Positions 1-9,542 of a stretch of 64,000 nt of DNA are shown piece after piece. Within the stretch, counting starts at the first letter, position 1, and the number at the start of each line of letters is the position of its first letter. Below the pieces are notes generated by a model. That model did not search any database and was not told where the DNA came from. It worked only from the letters and a program-made list of their open reading frames with translations. Source of the stretch: Nitrosopumilaceae archaeon (GTDB taxonomy: Archaea; Thermoproteota; Nitrososphaeria; Nitrososphaerales; Nitrosopumilaceae); NCBI GenBank assembly GCA_035685445.1, contig DASSAK010000008.1:13131-77130 (forward strand), in the 5' to 3' direction. The translations under genes were made by a program, and so were the position numbers.

Positions 1-995
1 ATATTATGAGCAACATCATAAACTAGTTTCATATCTAAATCTGATTCTGATTGTTTGAAAACTCTTTCAAATGATTTTCTTGTCCAATGAGTTATCATTT
101 GCCTATTACTCCATGCAAAATTTAGTGCAGCAAACATTGCTTTTCTGTATGATTCTCCTTCCTCAGAAGAGTTTGGGACACAAGCCAATTCTCTGTCAGC
201 TAATTCAATATCATATTTTTCTAATGCACGTTCTGATGTTCTAAGGTAATCACTACATACTTGATGTCCAAAACCTCGTGAACCACAATGAATTAGAATA
301 GTTACACTGCCTTTTTTTATTCCCATTCTTTTTGCTGCTTCTTCATCGTGAACTTCTTCTACACGTTGTACCTCAAGGAAATGATTTCCAGATCCTAAAC
401 TTCCAAGTTGAGGAGCTCCTCGTTTTCTAGCCTTATCTGAAACTTTGTTGGGGTCAGCATCATCCATTTGTCCTGACTCTTCACACACATCAGCATCATC
501 TAAAGTACCATACCCCTTGTCTACTGCCCATTGAACACCTTTAACTAAAACTTCATCAAGTTGCGAAGGACTCAGTTTTATTGCGCCTTTTGAGCCAACA
601 CCAGATGGAATTGAATTAAAAAGATCTGTTACAAGGTCTTTAATTTTTGGTCTAATGTCTTGTTCTGTTAAGTTTGTTCTAATCAGTCTAACGCCACAAT
701 TAATATCATAACCAACTCCTCCGGGACTAATCATTCCTTCTTTTGCATCCATTGCAGCAACCCCCCCTACTGGAAATCCGTATCCTTCATGACCATCAGG
801 CAATACCGCTACATGACTTACTATTCCAGGCATTGATGCAACATTTGTTGCTTGCCAAATTGTCCTATCAGTGGTCATTTTTTTGAGAAGTTGTTCATCT
901 GCGAAAATCCTTACAGGAACATTCATTCCATTTGATGAATCAGGTTCAATAATGTATTCCATATCTCCGATTTTTTTAGGAGTTTGTATCTGCAT
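1..995 (-). CDS. rtcB: RNA ligase RtcB, N-terminal ~330 aa (C-terminus lies beyond the window edge)
   Basis: Absent from the ORF track because there is no stop in the window. Minus-strand translation from ATG 993-995 reads MQIQTPKKIGDMEYIIEPD... and contains GSGNHFLEV and HCGSRGFGHQ, conserved RtcB active-site motifs. Confidence 0.85.
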   Translation of the reverse strand, partial: MQIQTPKKIGDMEYIIEPDSSNGMNVPVRIFADEQLLKKMTTDRTIWQATNVASMPGIVSHVAVLPDGHEGYGFPVGGVAAMDAKEGMISPGGVGYDINCGVRLIRTNLTEQDIRPKIKDLVTDLFNSIPSGVGSKGAIKLSPSQLDEVLVKGVQWAVDKGYGTLDDADVCEESGQMDDADPNKVSDKARKRGAPQLGSLGSGNHFLEVQRVEEVHDEEAAKRMGIKKGSVTILIHCGSRGFGHQVCSDYLRTSERALEKYDIELADRELACVPNSSEEGESYRKAMFAALNFAWSNRQMITHWTRKSFERVFKQSESDLDMKLVYDVAHN

Positions 996-1072
996 TAAGA
1001 TCGGTAAAAAGTCAAGTCAAGCCAATTTAAATCATAAGTAGATTTATTTTCGTAAAAAAATGAGACTAATTA

Positions 1073-2434
1073 TTGGCAATTTTACCCATTGATGGAGGAA
1101 GATATGGCACAAAAGAAATGATTGCAATTTTCATGGAACAAAAAAAAATTGATTACCAATTAGAAATTGAGGGAGTCGCAGCAGTTTCTCAAAGTGAGAT
1201 AAGAATGATTCCAAAAACAGCTGGAAAAAATATTCTAAACACAGCAAAATCTGGAAAGATCACTGCCAAAAGAATCAAACAGTTGGAGGCAAAAAGTGAT
1301 CATGATACTGCAGCTCTTGTTGAAGCATTAAGTGAAAAATGCAAAGCTGAGGCAAAACCTTGGGTACATTATGGATTAACTAGTAACGATTTGGTCGATA
1401 CAAGCAATTCAATGCAAATGAGAGATGCGCTTGCAATTATACAACCAAAGGTTGCAAAACTGGGATTACTTTTAACAAGAAAGGCTATGAAATACAAAAA
1501 AATTCCAGCGGTTGGACGAACTCATGGTCAACATGCAAGCATCATATCATTTGGATTAAAGTTTGCAAACTGGGCTTCAGAGATGAGTACGCATTTGCAA
1601 AGAATTGACGAAATGAAAAAGAGAGTTCTAATATGCAAAACTCTAGGCGTGGTTGGTACAGGTTCACTAATGGGTTCAAAAGCAATCCAAGTTCAAGCGA
1701 AAGTTGCAAAAAGACTCAAGCTTTATTCTGCTGAAGTGACAACACAGATTGTTCCAAGAGAAAGATATGCTGAATATGTTTTTCAACTTGCATTGTTAGG
1801 TGCTACTTTAGAAAAAATTGCAGTTGAAATTCGTAATTTACAAAGAACTGAGATCGGAGAAGTTTCTGAATATTTTAAGAAGGGTCAAATGGGAAGTAGT
1901 GCAATCCCTGTGAAAAGAAATCCAATTAAAAGTGAAAGAATTTCTTCATTATCAAAACTGTTACGGAGTCACATTGCAACTGCATTTGAAAACATTCCAT
2001 TATGGCATGAACGAGATTTATCAAATTCAGCAAATGAGAGATTCATAATTCCTATGTGTTCAATTTTGTTAGATGAAATGCTTGAGACAATGATTCGTAT
2101 CATTGAAAATCTCAAAGTAAATGAGAAAAACATAAGAAAGAATCTTGAGATTACAAAGGGTCAAATCTTTGCTGAATTTGTTTTAGAGGCATTAATAAAA
2201 AAAGGAATCCCACGATTTTCAGCATATAGAGACGTTCAGAGAGTTGCATTCGCTGCAAAAGACAAAGATGTTAATTTTATTGATGCTGTAAGACATGATA
2301 AGAAAATCTCATCAAAGCTTTCTGAAAAAGAAATTAAATCAGTTTTCTCTCCAGAGAATCGTCTAGGAGCATCAGTTTCAATAATTAATAATGTAAATAA
2401 AACAGTTCAAAGAACTGCAAAAAAATTCATCTAG
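1073..2434 (+). CDS. purB: adenylosuccinate lyase
   Basis: 453 aa. Has GLTSNDLVDT, HGQHASIISFG and the GSSAIPVKRNP fumarate-lyase signature loop. TTG start as given by the track. Confidence 0.9.
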   Translation: MAILPIDGGRYGTKEMIAIFMEQKKIDYQLEIEGVAAVSQSEIRMIPKTAGKNILNTAKSGKITAKRIKQLEAKSDHDTAALVEALSEKCKAEAKPWVHYGLTSNDLVDTSNSMQMRDALAIIQPKVAKLGLLLTRKAMKYKKIPAVGRTHGQHASIISFGLKFANWASEMSTHLQRIDEMKKRVLICKTLGVVGTGSLMGSKAIQVQAKVAKRLKLYSAEVTTQIVPRERYAEYVFQLALLGATLEKIAVEIRNLQRTEIGEVSEYFKKGQMGSSAIPVKRNPIKSERISSLSKLLRSHIATAFENIPLWHERDLSNSANERFIIPMCSILLDEMLETMIRIIENLKVNEKNIRKNLEITKGQIFAEFVLEALIKKGIPRFSAYRDVQRVAFAAKDKDVNFIDAVRHDKKISSKLSEKEIKSVFSPENRLGASVSIINNVNKTVQRTAKKFI

Positions 2435-3179
2435 ATTTCAGCAGTGTTTTGTGAATTAACGAACCATACTGTAAGGCTTTTTTTCGTTTGTTTGTGGAAA
2501 TTTCAGGAACGCCAATTTCAGATGCCAATTTTCTAATAATGTGTTTTCGCATCAAGTCATCCTTTCCAGTAATTTTTTCTGAGACAGAAATTGATTTTGC
2601 ATAATCAATGAAATTTTCTGATAAGAGTGGTTGAATTATTTGCACATCAAATTCTGAAGTTACTTTATTTACTGTTTGCATCATTTTTTTTTCATTTTTA
2701 AGTTTTGAATTCATTAGATTCAGTACTTCATTTTCACCTTTTTCAATTGCTTCTCGATATGCATTATAACCACAAAAAAGTTCATCAATTCCATTTGCGG
2801 TTACAACTGTTTTTATTCCCAGATCATGTGCAAGCTTTGCCACATAATAAAATGCAATACAATTTTCATTCCAAGAAAGATTATCAGTGTTAATATGTTG
2901 ATTTATTTTTAAGGCAATTTGATTAAATGAATCTTTATCAATTTCAAAAATTTTATGAGGAAAATTTAGAATTCCATTTACTTCTTTTGCAAACGAAATG
3001 TCATGTGATTCAGGAAATCCTATTGTAAGTAAAGTAATATCATATCCAAGATCGTTACAAATTTTTGATACTAATGTGCTATCAACACCACCTGAAAACG
3101 CAACCCCAATTTTCTTTTCTAAAACTGATTCTTTGATCGCATTTTGAATTTTTCCTAAGAGGAAATTTTCCTTTTGCAT
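2427..3179 (-). CDS. PP-loop ATP pyrophosphatase, asparagine-synthase-like C-terminal domain without a glutaminase domain
   Basis: SGGVDS PP-loop near the N-terminus (GVAFSGGVDSTLVSK) and an ANGIDELFCGYNAY motif resembling AsnB. Overlaps the purB stop by 8 nt (convergent). Confidence 0.6.
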   Translation of the reverse strand: MQKENFLLGKIQNAIKESVLEKKIGVAFSGGVDSTLVSKICNDLGYDITLLTIGFPESHDISFAKEVNGILNFPHKIFEIDKDSFNQIALKINQHINTDNLSWNENCIAFYYVAKLAHDLGIKTVVTANGIDELFCGYNAYREAIEKGENEVLNLMNSKLKNEKKMMQTVNKVTSEFDVQIIQPLLSENFIDYAKSISVSEKITGKDDLMRKHIIRKLASEIGVPEISTNKRKKALQYGSLIHKTLLKSR

Positions 3180-3222
3180 GAAATAAGGGTTACAGTTTTA
3201 TCTATTAATTTGATTATGATAA

Positions 3223-3516
3223 TTGGAATTCATGACTGTAGAAAAATTATCATCAGATGCAATTGAAAATGAACTCAAAAGTTTGGAGGGGTGGTCAGTA
3301 GTAAATGGAAAATTACACAAGGATTTTCAGTTTGATGACTTTAACCAGGCTTTTGGATTTATGGCCAGAGCCTCAATGCATATTGAAAAAATGAATCATC
3401 ATCCAGAGTGGTTTAATGTGTACAACAAACTTTCAGTTGATTTGATGACTCATGATGCAGGAGGCATCACACAAAATGACATCAATCTTGCAAAAATATT
3501 AAACTCTCTTGTTTAG
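3223..3516 (+). CDS. pterin-4a-carbinolamine dehydratase (PCD/DCoH family)
   Basis: 97 aa of typical PCD size, with MNHHPEW (the HHPxW motif of the family). Confidence 0.8.
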   Translation: MEFMTVEKLSSDAIENELKSLEGWSVVNGKLHKDFQFDDFNQAFGFMARASMHIEKMNHHPEWFNVYNKLSVDLMTHDAGGITQNDINLAKILNSLV

Positions 3517-3558
3517 TACTTCAGAATTTATATAAAGAGAAGAATTCATTTTTCACAA

Positions 3559-4377
3559 ATGACATCAAGTCCTGCAGTATTAGATTCTGACTTTAGATAT
3601 ATTGATAAAAAAGGAAACTTAATGAAAACTCGCACAGAATTATCAATTGCACAAATGCTTTCCTTTTTAGAACAAGATTATGAATATAATTATGAGCTAA
3701 AAATTAATGGAAAGCAAGTTGTAGTAGATTTTAAAACAAACAATGGATTGATTGAAGTAATTGATAATGAGGATGACATAAAAAAATACAGAGATATCAA
3801 AGAACTTTCTCCAGAAACAAAAATTATGGCAATTGGTCATCCAAAATATTCCGCACAAATAAGTGAGCTTGAAGAGATTGTGTTCTATGATAAAAAAAGT
3901 CCTCAAACAGGATCTATCTTCATTGAAGATCCTGCATTTGCATTTGATTATGCACACATTCTTCCACTAGTAGAAAAATGTTCAATTCTTCATGGACATA
4001 CATCTTCTGTAATGGTTGAGCTAGTAGGACAAATGAAAAATAATCTGTTAATTGATTTTGGTGAAGCAAAACAAATTATCAAAAATGTTCTTGGTGCATT
4101 TGATCATAAATTTTTCATAAACAGAAAATATCTGAAAAATGAAGATGGTTCTCACTACCAAATAACATTTGAAGGGCCCAAAGGAATGTTTGATTTACAA
4201 GTTCCAAAAAATACAACATACCTCTTAGAAGGAGAAGCAACTGTTGAAAATTTATCAACTGAGCTCATAAAACTACTTGCACCAAAATTACCAGCAAATG
4301 TTGAAGCAGTTGGAGTATACATTTACGAAGGAAACAACAAAGGTGCTCACATTATATCAAAGCTAGACAAACAATAA
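3559..4377 (+). CDS. 6-pyruvoyl-tetrahydropterin synthase / QueD-like domain fused to an uncharacterised ~120-aa N-terminal domain
   Basis: The C-terminal half has FDYAHIL and CSILHGH (the C-x3-HGH zinc/catalytic motif of the PTPS/QueD fold). The N-terminal half has an E...D...E-x pattern (TRTELS, VVDF, IEVID) that resembles PD-(D/E)xK nucleases, but weakly. Confidence 0.6.
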   Translation: MTSSPAVLDSDFRYIDKKGNLMKTRTELSIAQMLSFLEQDYEYNYELKINGKQVVVDFKTNNGLIEVIDNEDDIKKYRDIKELSPETKIMAIGHPKYSAQISELEEIVFYDKKSPQTGSIFIEDPAFAFDYAHILPLVEKCSILHGHTSSVMVELVGQMKNNLLIDFGEAKQIIKNVLGAFDHKFFINRKYLKNEDGSHYQITFEGPKGMFDLQVPKNTTYLLEGEATVENLSTELIKLLAPKLPANVEAVGVYIYEGNNKGAHIISKLDKQ

Positions 4378-4381
4378 GGAA

Positions 4382-6697
4382 ATGGAGCCAAAAATCCAAG
4401 AGAAAGCTTGGAATCCTGAATTAGAATTAAAGATATTAAAACAATGGGAAGGATCTCACCTTTACGATTTTGTTCCTCAAGAAGAGAATTTTACGATAGA
4501 TACTCCACCTCCATATCCCTCAGGACGTCCTTGGCACATTGGTGCAGCAGCTCATTATGCTCAAATTGATATGATTGCAAGAACCGCAAGGATGGATGGA
4601 AAAAATGTATTTTTTCCACTTGGAATTGATAGAAACGGGTTACCGGTAGAGCTTTACACAGAAAAAAAGCACAATATAAGAATGCGTGAAACAGAACGCG
4701 GGAAATTTCTAGAGCTTTGTAAAGAAGCGCTTGATGATTTAGAAGCAGAAATGATACAAATCATGAAAAATCTTGGTCTTAGTGGTGATTTAGAAAATCA
4801 TTACAGAACAGATTCAGAAGAATATCGTGCATTAACTCAAGCCACATTCATTGATTTGTGGAATAAAGGAATGATTTACCTTGCAGATAGACCAAACAAC
4901 TATGATTGGGTTTCAGGAACAACAATTGCCGACGCCGAAATCACATATTTGGATATTCCAACAAAACTTGTTTACATGAAATTTCAAGTAAAAGATTCTG
5001 ATAAAACAATCATAATTGCAAGTACAAGGCCAGAACTTTTGTGTGCATGCAAAACAATTATTGTTAATGAAGAAGATGAAAGATACACTGATTTAATTGG
5101 AAAAAAGGTAATAGTTCCAATTTCAAATCAAGAAGTTGAAATTAAAACCCATCATTCTGCTCAAAAAGAATTTGGGTCAGGAGCAGTAATGGTTTGTAGC
5201 TATGGTGACCATAACGACGTTGCATTATTCAGAGAATTCAAACTAGAAGAAGTTATTGCGATTGGATTAGATGGAAGAATGACCGAGGCTGCTGGCAAAT
5301 ATGCAACACTTAGACCAAAACAAGCTAGAACAAAAATTATTGAAGATTTAGAACAAAAAGGATTCTTAGAAAAAGTTGAAGATATTGTACATAGAACTCC
5401 AGTATCTGAAAGAAGTAAAAACCCAATTGAAATTATTCCAATGGAAGAATATTATCTAAAACAATTAGATTCAGTTGAAAAAATGAAAAAGTTGGGAAGT
5501 GAAATTGAATTTTTCCCATCAATGCATAAACAAATTCTAATGAACTGGCTTGACTCAATTAATATTGATTGGCCAATATCAAGAAGGAGATACTATGGTA
5601 CGGAAATTCCTATTTGGTATTGTAAAAATTGTTCAGAACCACATGTACCAAAACCTGGAAAATATTACAAACCATGGATGGAAGATTCTCCAATAAAACA
5701 GTGCAAAAAATGCCAATCTTCAGAATTTGTAGGAGAAGAAAGAACATTTGATACATGGATGGATTCAAGTATTTCTCCTCTTTTTGTTTCAAGATATTCC
5801 AAAGATGATGATTTTTTTGAAAAAACATATCCTGCGACAATTAGACCGCAAGCAAAAGACATAGTTCGCACATGGTTGTATTACACACTTCTTAGATGTG
5901 AACAACTGACTGGAAAAAAACCGTGGGCTAAAGCATGGATTATGGGATATGGTCTTGATGAAAAAGGAATGAAGATGAGTAAAAGTAAAGGAAATGCAAT
6001 TGATCCTCTTCCAGTAATTCAAAAAATGGGAGCAGATACATTTCGATTTTGGAGTGCAAGTGAGATTAATCATGGATATGATTTTAGATGCAATGAACAA
6101 AAGATTGAATCTACAAAAAAATTTCTTAGTAAGCTTTGGAATGTTTCAAGATTTTTGTCTAGTTTTCCTGTAATTGATTCTGCAAATCCCACTAGTACTG
6201 ACAGGTGGCTTTTATCAGAGCTTGACAAACTTGTTGATGAGTGCAAGAAAGGTTACAAAGACTACAACTTTTTTGTTCCAGCCATTGCACTTCGAGAATT
6301 TACTTGGAATGTTTTTGCTGCACACTATATTGAAATGGTAAAGGCAAGAGCATATGGCATTGGATTTTCAGAACAAGAAAAAAATGGTGCGATATACACA
6401 CTTCACAAAACACTATCAACAATTTTGAAACTGTTAGCTCCAATCACTCCATTCATCACAGACTATTTGTGGCAGATTCTGTATTCTAAGCAAAGTATTC
6501 ACAAAGAATTACAAGTAGAAAAAGAATCGTGTGAAGACCTAACAAAACTTACCCAAGAAATTACTGAATTTAATTCCAAGGTTTGGAATGAAAAAAAGGC
6601 AAAAAACCTTTCATTAAAAGACTCGATTTCTATTCCTATTCCTGAAAATTTATCACAGTTTGAAAAAGATTTGAAATCTATGCACAATCTAAAATAA
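4382..6697 (+). CDS. valS: class I aminoacyl-tRNA synthetase, most likely valyl-tRNA synthetase
   Basis: 771 aa with PPPYPSGRPWHIGAAAHY (HIGH region), WPISRRRYYGTEIPIW, TFDTWMDSS and KMSKSKGN. The length and motifs fit archaeal ValRS better than IleRS or LeuRS. Confidence 0.7.
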   Translation: MEPKIQEKAWNPELELKILKQWEGSHLYDFVPQEENFTIDTPPPYPSGRPWHIGAAAHYAQIDMIARTARMDGKNVFFPLGIDRNGLPVELYTEKKHNIRMRETERGKFLELCKEALDDLEAEMIQIMKNLGLSGDLENHYRTDSEEYRALTQATFIDLWNKGMIYLADRPNNYDWVSGTTIADAEITYLDIPTKLVYMKFQVKDSDKTIIIASTRPELLCACKTIIVNEEDERYTDLIGKKVIVPISNQEVEIKTHHSAQKEFGSGAVMVCSYGDHNDVALFREFKLEEVIAIGLDGRMTEAAGKYATLRPKQARTKIIEDLEQKGFLEKVEDIVHRTPVSERSKNPIEIIPMEEYYLKQLDSVEKMKKLGSEIEFFPSMHKQILMNWLDSINIDWPISRRRYYGTEIPIWYCKNCSEPHVPKPGKYYKPWMEDSPIKQCKKCQSSEFVGEERTFDTWMDSSISPLFVSRYSKDDDFFEKTYPATIRPQAKDIVRTWLYYTLLRCEQLTGKKPWAKAWIMGYGLDEKGMKMSKSKGNAIDPLPVIQKMGADTFRFWSASEINHGYDFRCNEQKIESTKKFLSKLWNVSRFLSSFPVIDSANPTSTDRWLLSELDKLVDECKKGYKDYNFFVPAIALREFTWNVFAAHYIEMVKARAYGIGFSEQEKNGAIYTLHKTLSTILKLLAPITPFITDYLWQILYSKQSIHKELQVEKESCEDLTKLTQEITEFNSKVWNEKKAKNLSLKDSISIPIPENLSQFEKDLKSMHNLK

Positions 6698-7390
6698 TCA
6701 TACTCTCATTATTCCATTTGAAATAAGATATTGAATGCCTGAAACAAAATCAGTATCTCCAATTAATCCGTCTGCCCACCAGCCAGCATTATTTTTAATC
6801 CATGATGGGATCTCTTGTGAAGTTCCCAATCCTGATTGAGTTGGAGGAATCATGATAATATCTTCAGTAATCAGATATTCTATTCCAGAAACAAAATCAG
6901 TATCTTGAATCTGTCCAGTTGCCCACCAGCCAGCATTATTTCTAACCCAATTTGGAATTTCAATGTCTACAATACCAATATCTCCAAGTGCGTTAGTACC
7001 TATAATTTCAAAAATTGTGTCTCCTGCAAAGAAAGGTATGAGCAAGGTTCTAGAGCTACCGTCCGATTCTAATTCGATGTAATCAGTTTCAAAACCATCA
7101 ATTAGAATAAAGAAAATGTCATCAGTTCCATCATATCGTGCATCTAAGAGTTGTCTTGGAATAGTTATTTCCAAAGTTCCATCAAATGCGGTGTCAACAA
7201 ATACCATGAGCTCAACAAAGTCTGGATCCAAATACATTGATTCTACTGTTCCGCCATCTACAACATAAGATACATCGTATTGCTCAACAGAAATTATTCC
7301 AGAATCAGCAAAAGATGAATTTATTGGGATAGTAAGAATAAGAGATAGGGAAAATGCCAAAACAAATGTAGTCTGCCCCTTTTTGATCAT
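6698..7390 (-). CDS. secreted protein with two C-terminal copies of an NNAGWW...DTDFVSGI.YLI module
   Basis: Hydrophobic N-terminal signal (TFVLAFSLSLILTIPINSSFA). Its ATG overlaps the upstream gene's stop as TAATG. Confidence 0.6.
   Translation of the reverse strand: MIKKGQTTFVLAFSLSLILTIPINSSFADSGIISVEQYDVSYVVDGGTVESMYLDPDFVELMVFVDTAFDGTLEITIPRQLLDARYDGTDDIFFILIDGFETDYIELESDGSSRTLLIPFFAGDTIFEIIGTNALGDIGIVDIEIPNWVRNNAGWWATGQIQDTDFVSGIEYLITEDIIMIPPTQSGLGTSQEIPSWIKNNAGWWADGLIGDTDFVSGIQYLISNGIMRV
6710..6958 (-). repeat. intragenic tandem duplication encoding two 34-aa modules (6857-6958 and 6710-6811)
   Basis: IPNWVRNNAGWWATGQIQDTDFVSGIEYLITEDI versus IPSWIKNNAGWWADGLIGDTDFVSGIQYLISNGI, roughly 70 percent identical by eye. 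Confidence 0.8.
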
Positions 7391-8892
7391 TAGTCGTCGT
7401 CTTCCTCATCGTCGTCATCGTCATCTTCGTCATCTAGATCATCATCTAGATCATCTTCGACTTCGATTTCTGTAGCAACTAAATTCCCATCAATCTTTAC
7501 AGCATCTATTTCTACTTCAAGGCCCTCTAAATTACTTAAATCAAATCCTTCATCAAATTCAGTGTCATCATTTACTGAAACCTCTATGTTGCCATCTTCA
7601 GTTTCAACTATTAACGAATCTTCTCCAACTGAACCTACTATACCCTTAATTTCAATTTCATCGTCTACATCATCTTCATCATCGTGAATTGCTTCATAAT
7701 CTGTAATTGAAGTAATAGAAGGAGATATGTTAGTAACTACTACACTTCCTTCTCCACTTAAGAACCATTGATGAATGATTTTGCTTTGAGGACTGTGCAT
7801 TGTCACAATGACGTCATCATGATCTTCTTCAAGAGTTCTAAGTACTGTATCAGATGAAACAAATGCCTTTAATCCTGGAACGGAACCTCCATTTCCATCA
7901 TCCAAACTTGCTATAATGACTAAACCATTCTTATCTCCACCAGGTCCATTTGAAGTTGTTCTCGCTTTTCCAAATTTACAGGAATAAGAATTTTCGCCAC
8001 CATCACCTATGTCACAATCTGTTACTTTGAATTTCATTGTACCTCTTGAATCAGTTGAAGAAGATGTAACTAATGTGATGGAACCTGAAAATTCTAAAGG
8101 TTCTGATGGTTGTCCAATTGGTTCAGCAGTTAATGAATCAAATGTTAATTCAAATTGTCTTAAGGATCCTTCATCTTCTATAAATTCATCAAAGTACTCA
8201 CCACTTTGAACTTTCTCTAGAATTTTTTGCATTCGTTTGTTTTGTTTTTCTTTAAATTTGTCAGCAAACTTCTGAGCTTTTTCCATGAATTTTTGTTCTA
8301 ATTTTGCACGTTTTTCTTCTAGTTTGGCTAGTTTGTTAGCTTTCCAAAATTCATATTCGTCTAAAACTACATCGCCTTCGGCATCACATTCTCCAACTGA
8401 ATCACCATGAGCAACATGTGCCTTTACAGCAGGTGTACCAACAACTATAGTACGATAATTGTCAGGATTTCCTCGGGGGATATGACAAATTGCTGTAGTT
8501 TTACTTGAATAATCAATTTCTACATGGTCACCAAATTCTTCAATGTCATCATTCTCATCGTAATCTTCTAATTTCTTAGCTTTTTCTTCTAATTTTTTAA
8601 GTTCTCTGTCATACTTTGCTTTTTGTTTCTCTTCTAGTTTCTTTGCTTTTTCTTCTAGTCTTTTAATTTCACGATCATACTTTTCTTTTAATTTCTCTTT
8701 TTGTTTTTCAGCTCTTTCTTTAGCTTTTTCAGCTTTATCTTTTTGTTTATCACTATCTCCAAAGGCATTAAAATCACCAATTGAGCTAGGAAATCCAATA
8801 AGTAAAACAAGCATTAGAAATACTGCGGGGACTAGTTTTCCCTTCATTCTACGTTCAAAGTCCCCAAATTGCATAAAACCATTGCTAAGCAA
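7390..8892 (-). CDS. secreted or membrane-anchored protein with a Lys/Glu coiled-coil repeat, a Cys/His motif domain and a poly-acidic C-terminal tail
   Basis: 500 aa. N-terminal hydrophobic segment (LVPAVFLMLVLLIGF). Duplicated KYDRE[IL]K[RK]LEEKAKKLE unit. CHIPRGNPDNYRTIVVGTPAVKAHVAHGDSVGEC motif. The last 21 residues are all D/E/L. The true start may be the internal MKGKL. Confidence 0.6.
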   Translation of the reverse strand: MLSNGFMQFGDFERRMKGKLVPAVFLMLVLLIGFPSSIGDFNAFGDSDKQKDKAEKAKERAEKQKEKLKEKYDREIKRLEEKAKKLEEKQKAKYDRELKKLEEKAKKLEDYDENDDIEEFGDHVEIDYSSKTTAICHIPRGNPDNYRTIVVGTPAVKAHVAHGDSVGECDAEGDVVLDEYEFWKANKLAKLEEKRAKLEQKFMEKAQKFADKFKEKQNKRMQKILEKVQSGEYFDEFIEDEGSLRQFELTFDSLTAEPIGQPSEPLEFSGSITLVTSSSTDSRGTMKFKVTDCDIGDGGENSYSCKFGKARTTSNGPGGDKNGLVIIASLDDGNGGSVPGLKAFVSSDTVLRTLEEDHDDVIVTMHSPQSKIIHQWFLSGEGSVVVTNISPSITSITDYEAIHDDEDDVDDEIEIKGIVGSVGEDSLIVETEDGNIEVSVNDDTEFDEGFDLSNLEGLEVEIDAVKIDGNLVATEIEVEDDLDDDLDDEDDDDDDEEDDD

Positions 8893-8921
8893 TCATCAGA
8901 TTCATGGAAATGCAGACAAGA

Positions 8922-9542
8922 CTAGTTTTCTTTTGTTTTTGTCATATTCAAAAAATACATGTGTAAAGAAACATCGGGTGTAAGTTCTGGATGAAAGGCA
9001 GTTGCCAAAATATTATCCTGTTTTACTGCAACAATTTCATCATTAAATTTTGAAATTGTTTCAACATTGTCTCCAACTTCGATAATTGTTGGTGCACGAA
9101 TAAAAACTCCGTTAAATTTTGGAATATTTATCGGATCCATCTGTACATTTGCTTCAAAGGATTCTTTTTGCCTGCCAAAAGAGTTTCTTTCCACTTGTAC
9201 ATCAAGTAGATCTAACAATGGTTGATCAGTTGCACCGACAATTCGATCTTTTGCTTCTTTTGACAGCAAAATCAGACCAGCACAAATTCCAAACACTGGC
9301 ATTCCTGCTTCAATTTTTTCCTTAATTTTTTTCAAAGAACCGTTGATTAATGATAGTTGTCCAATCATTGTACTCTCCCCACCCGGAATTATTAGTCCAT
9401 CAAGTTCTGAAATTTGTTCAGGGGTTTTGACGGCTTGTACTTTTCCATTAATTTCTAAATTTTCTAAAGCAATTTGTGTTGAACGAATGTTTTCTGCTAC
9501 ATCACCTTGAACTGCTAAAACTCCAATGTTTAATTCACTCAT
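8922..9542 (-). CDS. pdxT: pyridoxal 5'-phosphate synthase, glutaminase subunit
   Basis: GVLAVQGDV start, GGESTM and GICAG (catalytic Cys) motifs. 4-nt overlap with pdxS. Confidence 0.9.
   Translation of the reverse strand: MSELNIGVLAVQGDVAENIRSTQIALENLEINGKVQAVKTPEQISELDGLIIPGGESTMIGQLSLINGSLKKIKEKIEAGMPVFGICAGLILLSKEAKDRIVGATDQPLLDLLDVQVERNSFGRQKESFEANVQMDPINIPKFNGVFIRAPTIIEVGDNVETISKFNDEIVAVKQDNILATAFHPELTPDVSLHMYFLNMTKTKEN

Noticed and set aside
8560-8760. Repetitive Lys/Glu-coding DNA (ttcttctag / ctttttc units) considered as a possible CRISPR or tandem-repeat locus
   Set aside because: The repeats are irregular, in frame, and encode a coiled-coil segment of a long ORF. No repeat-spacer periodicity or cas genes appear anywhere in the window.
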